A stretch of DNA of 20,000 bases, taken from assembly GCA_021432655.1 (NCBI GenBank), contig MU271182.1, forward strand, positions 244,954 to 264,953, given 5' to 3'. The notes beneath the pieces are model-generated. The model made no database searches and was not told the DNA's origin. It saw only the letters and a program-made list of their open reading frames with translations. The stretch comes from Atractiella rhizophila (Eukaryota). The translations under genes and the position numbers were made by a program. Shown in pieces: positions 9,995-20,000 of this stretch (position 1 is its first letter; every line of letters starts with the position of its first letter).

Positions 9995-11196
9995 ATGGTT
10001 CTCTCCACTGACCCCTCCGCCCCCCTTGTCGCCATAACCGGCATAACCGGTCAACAAGGCTCCTCTGTAGCGCGAGCTCTCATCAGCTCTCCAAAGCCAT
10101 ACCGTCTCCGTGGATTCTCTCGAGATACAACTAAAGAAGCGAGCGTGAAGTGGGTGGAGAAAGGGGTGGATATGCGACAGGTTAACTTGGTTGTCGGGAA
10201 CGAAGAGGCGATAAGGAAGGCGCTGGAGGGATCCGAGATCGTATTTGTTCGTTTCCCCCTCCGCTCTACTGTGGAGGGAAGTACCAATGAGGGACGATGT
10301 AGCTCGTGACTAACTTCTGGGAACATATGTCGTATGAGAAGGTGAGCCTTCATTTCTCGTTCTTGAAAAGTGCCAATATTTTGTGTGAAAGGAAACCCAA
10401 GAAGGAAAAATGATGGTCACACTCGCTTTCGAACTGCCTACTCTCAAGTTCGTCATCTGGTCCGGTCTTCCGAATTATAACAAGATCACCAATGGAAAAT
10501 ATACGCACGTATACCACTTTGACGGAAAGGAAGAGGTCTCCGTCTTCCTCGCCGAGAAATCAGCAGCTAGCGAGATTCCCTATGCGGTGGTCCAAGCGGG
10601 ATGGTAAGCCTCCTTTCCCCTCTTCCTCAATTGTAGAATAGTGATTTTTTGCCGGAATAGGTACATGAATACATTCATCGATATGTGCAATCCCCAAGAT
10701 TTTAAAGAAGGCAAGTTGCGCTTCCCCCTACAGAAGGATACCCCGATGCCAATGATCGACATCCGGGACTACGGCTTCTTCGTGCAAGCGGCCATTGAAC
10801 AGCGAGAAAAGGCTGGGAATACCATTCAGGTGTTTTCGGAGGTGAAGACTGTCGATGAATTGGTTAAAGACATTGGAGACGGTGGGTAATTTTCTTTTGC
10901 CTTCGCATCGTAGACTGAAAGATTTGCAGTAACGGGAAAGAAACTTGATTACTCCGTTATCACCGTGCGCGAGGTTGAGTTGATAAAAGCGCTCCCTGAA
11001 ATGGTGGAGGTTGGGGAGAATTTCGCTGTGTGGGACGAATACGGTTGTGAGTACCTGGATATTGTGACAGCCTGTGACTGAGAGGCGATGGACAGACTTC
11101 GGACAAAAGCATCCCAAAGTGAATGAAGCGATGATTGGCACGAAGCTGACGAGCTGGAAGGAATGGGTGAAGGAACACAGTGCAAGATTCGATTAG
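9995..11196 (+). CDS. NmrA-like (HSCARG-type atypical SDR) NAD(P)-binding Rossmann-fold protein, 6 exons, apparently intact
   Basis: VAITGITGQQGSSVARAL, VTNFWEH, HFDGKEEV, GWYMNTF, IDIRDYG, LTSWKEWV. Introns 10247-10302, 10342-10391, 10604-10660, 10882-10929 and 11047-11095 give an open frame to TAG 11194-11196. Confidence 0.93.
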
Positions 11197-11453
11197 GATA
11201 GCGAAGATTGAATATTGAACTAAAGAACACTGTTATGCTGACTGGTCTGAAATAAAGACTAAAATCTGGTTATAAATGAGTTACTTTCGTAAAGACGTTC
11301 CCCATGAGACTCTCTTGCCTGCCATAAATATTCCAAAATTTGTGAAGGGTTCTGTAGAACGATACCTTCCTTCCTTCCTTCCCTCTAAATCACGGGAACT
11401 TCTACTGCGGTTCCGGTTACGTCACGGAGGAACATTCCACCTCTCACAGTACG

Positions 11454-14428
11454 ATGCTTACCACCCGCCCTGCGTTGAGAAGCCGCCTTCATCATCCCCC
11501 ACATCGTCTATTATCCCGCCTCGTCCACTCCCACTCCCGCCCTCCGCCACCGCCCACTCATCCGCGTCCGCCTTCACGCCCACCGATATCCCAACGCCTC
11601 GAATCACGCGTAAGCGAACTCCAGCGACACATCGACTCCCTCTCACTACGCGTACGGCAGCTGTCAAGTGGCAGGCGCAGGGATGGCACAAGATTACTGC
11701 TTTCTACCTTCGTCGCTGGAGCCGTCGTGCTGTTCTATTGGGAGGAAGTGCGATTCTTCACACTCAGCCTAACTCGAGGGATGAACGTCGGTCTGGCCGT
11801 TGCAATGTCGATCGTAGACTATAAGGTGCTGTTTTATAGGATAGAGAGGCTGGAGAAGGACGAGGAGGGGAGGAAGGAGAGGCATAGACTTTTTACGACT
11901 ACTCACACGAGGAGCGCGGTGAGGATTCGGGAGGCCTTGAAGAGGAATGGTGGGATTTATATCAAGCTTGGACAACATTTGAGCTCCGTACAACTTGTTC
12001 CGGAGGAGTGGAGGTGGGCTATGAGAGAGCTCCAGGTGAGTTTCCTATTTCCTATCTTTGTTGGGGGAGGAATGGGAGAGCCGTTTCTTTGGTTGGTTGG
12101 TTTGAGTGTTGGAACGTTTGCACTTGCATTTTGCAGGATGGAGTCTACTCGTGTTGAGAACTCTCACAGGATAGGAGTGACCTAGTATTAGCGTGCATTG
12201 CCTCTCATGAGGTTGAGCGACTATCCTCTGGCGTTGTAGAAAGCCTAAAATACTTTAACATCCGTTACTCAGTTTTGGTGGCTCAGTCACTGAAGGGGTG
12301 AAATAAATACTTTAACATCCGTTACTCAGTTTTGGTGGCTCAGTCACTGAAGGGGTGAAATCCTACTGTGATAAGTTGATTGTAATTGAACGGGAATAAT
12401 TTCATACAACACTGAGCTGACCAAAGGAGAAGAAAGTAGACAAATGTTCCTCCGTCATAAAAAGGTTGTTGAGAAAGTAGGACAACAATATGCTCTTTTT
12501 CTGCCATATTTAAAGGGGAACGGAAGACCAAATGTTTGTTTGGCTGTTTCAGTCTGTGAGTCTGTGTTGTTGCTCTTCTTCCTCCATCTCCATCTCTCTT
12601 GTAAAAAGGACATGAGAGGACAGTTTTACATTTGAAGATCTTCTTGTTGTTTCCTTGGTCCCTTACATTGTAGTGTGGCACAATTATGTCAATCATACAG
12701 TTAGGAGCAGCTCAGCCCCGAAATTACAAGGAAGAGCAAGCAAGCGAAAATGGTTGAATTTTACTTTGTTAAGCGAAAAATCCTGCCTGGATAAAACTTA
12801 CACGTTTGCTGACAAGCGTTCGTTCAGGACCAATGTTTTCCTACTCCAGTCGACGAAATCGATGCGCTTTTCCAGTCGGATGTTGGCGCTCCGTTGACCT
12901 CCTTCTTCAGCAACTTTGATCTCATCCCCCTCGGTGTCGCATCTTTGGCACAGGTTCACAAGGCAGTGGAGCGTGGGACAGGACGAGAGGTGGCCGTCAA
13001 GATCATGCATCCGAACTTGGAAGAGTTCGCAAAGGTGGACATGAAGACGACGACTGTCATGCTGAAGTTTGTCAAGGGGGCCTTTCCTGACTTTGAATTC
13101 ACTTGGCTTGGTGAAGAAATGGAGCAGAACTTGCCGCTGGGTAAGCCTCGAGCTTCCTTGTCTGCTCTCGTCTGAGAATGAATAGAGATGGACTTTCGAC
13201 ATGAGGCCGCTAATGCGATGAGGTGTCGAGCGGACTTTTCTGGGATGAAAAAGACTTCCTTGGTCATTCCGGAAGTTATATGGGCGAAGAAAAGGGTCAT
13301 GTTGATGGAATGTAACGTAGTCCTCCCTCCCCTCATCTGATCACACTCACGGTTCCTCACATCTCTGGTGATACAGTCATAAAGGGTGGGAGAATCGACG
13401 ACTTGGCGTACTTGAAACAGAACTCAATTGACCGAAATGAAATCGCGAAGGAACTGACGAGGATATTCAGTCAAATGATTTATCTCAATGGGTTCTTTCA
13501 CGCTGATCCTGTACGCGGGTCCTCTCACTCCAAAGAACCCGCCTTAACACTCTGAGCAGCATGGTGGAAATCTACTGATCCGGCCTGCAAAACGCGGAAG
13601 TCGAAGTCCTCATAATTTTGAGATTGTGCTGTTAGACCACGGTACGTTCTTCAAACAAGTCACTGTGAGCTAATCATGGAAGGACAGGGCTCTATTTCGA
13701 TCTCCCAGAAGACTTGCGGCTCAACTATGCACATCTTTGGCTCTCGCTCATATCTCCATCCTCTCCGAAAGTTACTGAGGAGCGAAAGCATTACGCGAAG
13801 TTGGTTGGGAACATCACTGACGAAATGTACCCTGTGTTCGAATCGTATGTTGTCCCATCCCTGAAGCGTCCCTGTATTCACACCCTTTGTAGGGCTATAA
13901 ACTGGAAGGAGTTCTTCCGTTAATTCAGAAGGGTCGAGTCTTATTCATGCTGGTGGGTTGGACGAAGCTGAAGCGCGACGAATGCGACACGCCGTCGTGG
14001 AGGGAGGATTAATAGGAAGCATTTTCAAGCTCCTTCGCGGAGTACCTAGACGGCTCCTCATGGTACTGAAAGTCAAGTCAGTCCTCAGCGCCTGTTATTG
14101 CATAATATACTGACAAGACATCAGCGATTTAACACGTCATCTCGATTTGTCGCTCCAAACTACTCATGCACCCTACCGAATATTTCTGATCGTCGCACAA
14201 TACTGTTCGACTGCTATTTACGCAGAGCAACTAGATTCGATTGCAGATCGGTATCACCGTTTCGGCCTGTCTTTCAGTTTGGCCATCGATTGGATGAAAG
14301 CTTGGTGGCAACACGAGCGCTGGTGGTAGAGCTTGAGGACTGTTGAATGGTGGGCTGACCGAGTTGGGCAGTGGAACAAGTTCAAAATCTGGGCATGGTC
14401 GGAGGGTACTGGCCACGTACAATTGTAA
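11454..14428 (+). CDS. ABC1/UbiB-family atypical kinase (ADCK1/Mcp2-like, probably mitochondrial); as assembled has a +1 frameshift and a late in-frame stop
   Basis: NGGIYIKLGQHL, LQ/DQC, PLGVASLAQVHKA, VAVKIMHP, EMDFRHEAAN, FFHADP/HGGNLLIR, LLDH/GLY, VPRRLLMVLKVNDL; Arg/Ser-rich N-terminus. Introns 12036-12827, 13141-13185, 13312-13376, 13511-13559, 13642-13687, 13845-13892, 14077-14124. Extra A at 13899-13901; TAG at 14327-14329, after which the frame continues to TAA 14426-14428. Confidence 0.9.
12248..12361. repeat. Perfect 57-bp tandem duplication inside the long first intron of the ABC1 gene
   Basis: AAATACTTTAACATCCGTTACTCAGTTTTGGTGGCTCAGTCACTGAAGGGGTGAAAT at 12248-12304 and 12305-12361. 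Confidence 0.97.
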
Positions 14429-14540
14429 GACGGGACCTTGTATACTTCTCGCAGCATTTTCATATTTTTAAATCAGATTGTAACTGTTTGAGCTGAACAA
14501 AACCCTGATATTTATCTATGTCGGAGAAACCATGCTCTGA

Positions 14541-15891
14541 TTGACAGCTAATAATATCGAGTTATTGAATAAACCGCAACAGCTGACACAAAAGACCATG
14601 TTGAGGGAAGCATCGAATCGCTCCCCCTGGGCTATTGTAAGGAGCCGGGTCGATGTTAGCATCAGACGCCACTTCCACAAGACGAGCAAGGTCGTCTGGA
14701 GTATAAATTGGACGGAGAAAGGAAAAAGGAGCGGACGGCGGTGCAGGCAAAATCAACGATACATCCACCGCCCTAGCTAGTAAACCCCAAGCCAACAGAT
14801 TCCTTGACGTGTTCATACCCAATATTCGGGACCAGGACGACCTGACCAAAGTCCTCCAACTCCTACGAGATTTGTTAGACGACACCCGAAGGCTCAAACG
14901 AAATCAAAACTCTATGACATTCAAAAATCAAGAGTTCGACTTCCTGGACAGCTTGGTGGAACACCTAGGTTACCTCCTGAGCTCCCAGAGGCAAATCCAA
15001 CCACAAGATCGGTAGACCTTGAGGTCAAGAAGGGTGTCGAAACCCTGAAGGGCCAAATGGCAGACCTCAAAGATGTGATGCACGCTCTATCACAAGCCAG
15101 GATGTGGAGCATGATTTTAGCAGAACCAACAGCAACGGGATATGTCAGAGGAACGGGAAGGCCACGAAGATAAGGGACACCCCCAAGAACCTGGAATTCG
15201 CTGAGAGACGATTCCTGGACATGTTTGCCGGCATTTCCATAGAGCATACGCTGTCACGACTACACAGTCTTGTGTCCAGACTGAAGGATGCTGAATGGAT
15301 GGAACTGCCTGTATATGATACAGGTGATTACGCTTTCGACCGCATATGCGTCCTCGCGCTCAGGATCTCCGACGTAACGAACGCGGAATCTGGTACAGAC
15401 GATGAAATTTGCTATTGAGGTATATGAGTGCGTTTTCTTAACATTTGTTCAGAATCGATTACAGAGACTACATAGGTGGGAGATGGCCCGGCCGCGAGAC
15501 CCGAAGGCCAAGCGGCAGATGTTCAATCGATCCAGGGCCCACCAACATCGACTTAAGTTAATGGATAATCTGGACCTTCGATGGAAAGAAAAGAGGAATA
15601 CCGAATTGAAACTAATTCAAGACTTTAAGATGTTTGAATCAACTTTTGTTCTAGGCCCAAGACTATATCAAGCCTGTAGACATTGTGCGTTTACCATTTG
15701 GTTTTGCAGGACTGCAACTGATAGCACCGAGTTTCACCTCATATCCTGCTCATTTTCAGTATGGAGCCATCAAGCATCAAATCAATAGGAGATTTGGGAC
15801 AAAACTCATGGATGCAGGTGCAGCATGCCATTGCTCACCCCAACCTATACAACAGTGGCTTCGGTACCTACAAGGATGGCTGTACTTATGA
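14541..15891 (+). pseudogene. Fragmented hypothetical gene (helical, charged protein)
   Basis: Chain of protein-like + strand ORFs (14541, 14809, 15104, 15402, 15685) that switch frame repeatedly; intron-like segments end in TTCAG near 15452 and 15759. No recognisable family. Confidence 0.35.
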
Positions 15892-16072
15892 TTCTGGTAA
15901 CAATCGTAATCGTCATACCTTGCACCGAACTACTTATACATTCACAGCTTTCATAGCTAATGGTCAACTCGACAAAAAAACGTGATACAACATCACCGAT
16001 TCGAGAAATGCTTAATGGCTTGAAATTGCATGACACCACCGTGTGCACGCCTTTGTCACAATCAGATCATAA

Positions 16073-17994
16073 TCACAAAGCAACCAAATGCCGGGACTGT
16101 AAAATGGTTTCTGGCAGCTGAGTTCGTCCTGATTTTGCTTCTTCCTCGCGGATTTGCTCCATGAGCAGCTTTGCTTTTGTTGAAATCCAACCAGCGGAAG
16201 CCATGCGATCAAAATATGCAGATATCCAGCGATACTTTTAGTTTGTAGTCATCAGTGCAGTGTTTCTGGTTAGAGACGACATACATCTTGTGGGTTTGAA
16301 GCTTCCAACCCTGCAAAAAGCAAGCACCAAGGGAAGATATGATGTGAAGGGTCTTCGCCTGATTGAGCGATTGTCACTCCAATTGTTACGATTTCGGAGC
16401 CGTAATGACTTTCGGGTCGACAGTGGATAATTCGGGTAAGGTAAATGATGAGAGAATTGACAAAAACAGATTTGTACAGGAGATTGAGCAGGTCAGGGCT
16501 AAAGTTGACGAAAATGGCCGGAATGCCATCAATGCAATACGACAGACGAAAATCATGGCCGCCATCCAGTTGCTCCTTGAAAGAAATTATGCGTTGAAGG
16601 ATCACCCTGCCTCCTTCAATAGCTGTGTCAAATTGCTCCGTAATAGCAAGAGAGCTTCGAAAGGCCTACAGTTCATGGTCCAGCGTTGACACCTGAGCAG
16701 CAAATTGATAGAGCCTACACCGCAGCTCTTGTATCCACGTTGAATAAATAGAAAGAGGGCTCACCGTAGCCAGTCCACATACATGGAAGGAAGGGCCACA
16801 CTAAGGTTATCTCCAAGGGAAGGACCGAAAGTCGACTCCAGAAGCCAATGCAAGAACTTTGGCACTCGGGCTCCAAAGGAAGAGGAAGTAAAGCAAATTC
16901 GAGCGAGAATGATAGCACAGGATTGTGCGGTAGAGGGTAAACTCGCGAAGGTCTGGTTGGTAGAGGTCACTGCTTCTCGTGCCATGTCGAAGATGAGGTC
17001 CATCGTTTGTGAAGTTGTCCCGTGACTGACCTCCCATAGTGCGTAAACAAGCAAGGTAGCAAGAATAATGTCGACTCTGAGGTGGACAGCAGAGCTGTCC
17101 CAAGGATACTCGAGAAGCATCATGGACCTTTGATGTTTAGAATGGGCGATAGTAAGGAGATCCGGTCGGTCAATTTGTCTGCTCAGATGGAGCGCGGCAT
17201 AAGCCATGAGGCCTATCCCAAAGTTGAGGCAAGACAGAAACGGTGTTAAAATTTCTCTCACCTTCATAGAGTGGCGCAGAAAAGAGGGATTTTAGGAACA
17301 AATCGAGTAAAAAGTTCGGCTGTTGGGGCTCAATGGCTTTGGATGTTGGCGCCAGTACTTCCACAAAGTGTCGGATGAAACTTTCGTCCTGCGACGATAA
17401 CTGGATGGGCCGTTGCTGAGGGAATGTAGTTCGTTGCTTGAGAATTTCCAATTTGGATTGATTCAAGGACGACGGTGTGCCTGATGTGATTTCCGGTTGG
17501 TTAATTGGTGGAGGCGTAATCGAGGAACGTTCGGCTTTGGGCGTCCTCCTGCTTAGAGCTCTAGAGGGCATTGCTCGGAATGATGAGAGATACTGGGGTT
17601 GTGTTTGCGACGTGGTTTGAGAATTCTGTTCAGGAGATGGGTGAGAAGGGGTCGTGGGATAAGAATCCAACGGTTGGTCCTGAACAGTGTGATGTGCTGC
17701 TATATGGTCTTTTGCGTAGACACAGTTGAGGTACAGCCGTCCGCAATTAGCACACACAGGCTGCTCCTCGCCACATTTCACACGTCGTTGTCGGCAAGTC
17801 AAGCAACCTGAAGCACTCCGCGTTACTCGTCAGCAGCTACTCCACTGGCAAGCTCAAGCAGTAATTATGATTAGACACCAACCTTTCTTACTACGAGAAA
17901 AATGGGGTTTGGACCCTCGTCTAGAAGAGAGCGTCGCACCTCTGCTACGCTGCCGACCTCGCATCAATGTTGCCAATGTTGTTGGAATGTTCAT
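16073..17994 (-). CDS. Zn(II)2Cys6 fungal transcription factor with C-terminal fungal-specific TF (Fungal_trans_2-like) region; one in-frame TAG as assembled
   Basis: RSKKG/CLTCRQRRVKCGEEQPVCANCGRLYLNCVY zinc cluster; GLMAYAALHL, ILATLLVYALWEV, IFPWCLLFAGLEA. Introns 17882-17808, 17261-17213, 16764-16715, 16284-16235. TAG at 16668-16666 interrupts exon 4; terminal TGA at 16075-16073. Confidence 0.9.
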
Positions 17995-18031
17995 GTACGC
18001 TATGGGGTTAGACGAATAAACGCCAATGCTT
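17934..18031. repeat. Direct repeat, copy 1 (5' end of TF gene and upstream sequence)
   Basis: 98 nt identical to 19903-20000, offset 1969 bp. Confidence 0.97.
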
Positions 18032-18050
18032 CAAGTTGATGAAAGGAAAG

Positions 18051-18194
18051 CGTCAATTGACGGCAAAACACACAAATTGACGTCAGCGGATTGACGAGTT
18101 CAACCGTGACCACGGCGGGTCTTCCTAACGCAACTTGAACTTGATGGTCGAAAAGTAGCGAACCACCTTCACTACCTGGGATTCTCTATTGACG
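18051..18194. promoter_or_regulatory. Cluster of ATTGACG / CRE-like motifs upstream of the Zn2Cys6 gene
   Basis: Palindrome CGTCAATTGACG 18051-18062; TGACGTCA 18078-18085; ATTGACG at 18056, 18076, 18090 and 18188. Function is inferred. Confidence 0.45.
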
Positions 18195-19902
18195 TTCCAA
18201 TCACCATTTTACGCGACAGCCTTCGTCCAATCAATTTCAAACAACTCCGTCTTTAGCCAGCGTAAGAGACACATCGACATCCCGTGACATTCAATTCATT
18301 ATGCGAACTCTATCAGTCAGCAACAAGATTCGACCACCGAGGACTTGCCTGCAGACATGCTTATGAAGGGTTACAAGGTTGAAGATAGACGGAGGAGCGA
18401 TGGAGAAATAGGAATGAGTGCAAAGTAGCATGAGAGGGGGATTTTTACGGTCCTGTCGCCGCTTGTATGCTTGGTTTCTCACTCCACACGCCAATGGCAG
18501 AATAGTTCGGAGGGATGCAAAAGCATTACAAGATGATACCATGAAACCCTTAAGGAGCACCTTAAGGAAGCTTTCCTCGTTGGGCATATCGGATCGATTG
18601 CTTCACACATGAACGTGAAGTTTTATGGTAATGCCGCGCGCTCCGACATTGAGTCCCTGGCAGCTTATCAAACTTAATAGTGATGGAGGCAGCGGATTTC
18701 GACCTTGTTGTAATCCGCCTATTTCATCGGTTACTCCTGAATCAAGGCTAGTAACCCAGCAGTTTGAGAGCCAGCACCCAACAAATTTTGATTCGTCACG
18801 CTTACAGCAGCCACAACTCTCCAGTTTCGCCTTTATCATTAGGCAACTATTGTATTGTTAAAAGTCTTTTCAACTAAAGCAATTTTCGACAAATAGCCCC
18901 AGTGATATAACAAACACCTATCCAAATTGTTCCAAAGAAAGCCGATAAAGTATGACGAGATTTTGGCACTCAGTAGATGAAGTGTTGAATGTGGAAAGCA
19001 ACGGAAAGGTTTGTTGGAGTGGAAGTAACGCAGAGGATACAGGCGCTTGTTGCGTCTAAGCCGAAAGATAAGAGGACATACACGCACCACCTCCGAAAGA
19101 TCGATTAGGAGTAAAAACATGAGAATGAAATGGAGCAGAGAAGATGAGGTACAGATCGTTATTCGATCTCGTTTTAGTTTCTTCCCCGGGAAGGCTTTGG
19201 GAGCTGAATGGTGTGGAATGGAAGGAGTGGCTCACCGCACGCCGCAACTTTTGCCTCATTGTCGCTTTTCGCGGGCAGGGTCCTGTGAAGAAATTTAACA
19301 TTAGAGTCGGGATGATAAATATTAGCTCACAGAGAAGTCTACGATGATCGTTCTGCCGTCTGCATGACTACTCAGTTTGACTAGCAGCGCAATGAGGTTC
19401 GGGGTTCTTACCCTTGTCCTCAAGTCAGCGCTGGGAAAAGCTTTAATGGTGCTGCAGAGCGGAGGAGTGAAATGCAAAGATAAATGTGCAATAAACAAAA
19501 CATGCATAAATTAGTGTGGTATATTCCAGTCTGTCATGTCTGCTTCCCGATTCACATTTCCATCTCCAACACCACAGAATTGCATCAATAGACGTCAGTT
19601 GCTCTGTAGATACTACCTACCAAAGGAACAGCAGTATGAGGCAATGGGAAGGGAGGGGAAAGCGATAGAAGAGGAGAGTTGATATGACAAAGTGAGGCAA
19701 CCCACTGATATCAAACAGATATTAACTCCTCCCATGCTTAGCTTTATAGCGCTTCTCAGACCTAAGACCAACCCCTGTCAACCCCTGGCACCACTTCCCC
19801 TAACTCTCGATTGGGACCGCTCCAGCTCCAGTAGAACGAAAAAGTCGTGAAATTCCCCGAAGGGTCTGCACGCGCATTTCGCTCCAACACAAGCCCCCTC
19901 GT

Positions 19903-20000
19903 TCGCACCTCTGCTACGCTGCCGACCTCGCATCAATGTTGCCAATGTTGTTGGAATGTTCATGTACGCTATGGGGTTAGACGAATAAACGCCAATGCTT
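19903..20000. repeat. Direct repeat, copy 2 (runs to window edge)
   Basis: Identical to 17934-18031; supplies the first 20 codons of ORF 19963-19778. Confidence 0.97.

Noticed and set aside
11276..11824. 182-aa + strand ORF
   Set aside because: Alternative frame overlapping ABC1 exon 1.
12367..12420. Possible box C/D snoRNA in the long intron
   Set aside because: C box is non-canonical (GTGATAA) and I see no terminal stem or identifiable guide.
18291..19507. Scattered short ORFs on both strands
   Set aside because: Could be a gene relic, but no coherent model or family could be supported.
19880..19902. Minus-strand GAGGGGGC-TTGTGTTGGAG resembling a polypurine tract plus LTR start
   Set aside because: No retroelement coding sequence, second LTR or target-site duplication in the window.

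Overview
Eukaryotic, fungal-looking DNA (basidiomycete-like by inference) with many GT-AG introns of about 40-57 nt. Positions 1-2827 hold the 3' part of a canonical Helitron RepHel gene (Rep C-terminus plus PIF1-type helicase, 2 introns, 2 frameshifts, 1 internal stop). It is followed by a cluster of GNA-triloop hairpins and a short tandem repeat. Immediately downstream on the same strand lies a Crinkler (CRN)-type gene (3133-5563: ubiquitin-like CRN N-terminus, putative PD-(D/E)xK nuclease, protein kinase), which ends just before a hairpin plus CTAG-T. This raises the possibility that the Helitron carries the effector as cargo. Next come a TTTGGGA-rich inverted-repeat segment and a degenerate multi-exon minus-strand gene containing a (TAACCC)3.5 telomere-like tract. 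Then follow an intact NmrA-like gene, an ABC1/ADCK1-like atypical kinase with a 792-nt intron and two apparent lesions, a broken hypothetical gene, and a Zn2Cys6 transcription factor with one in-frame stop. A TGACG-rich promoter lies upstream of that factor, and its 5' end is exactly duplicated at the window edge. All gene models were assembled by eye; no database search was run.
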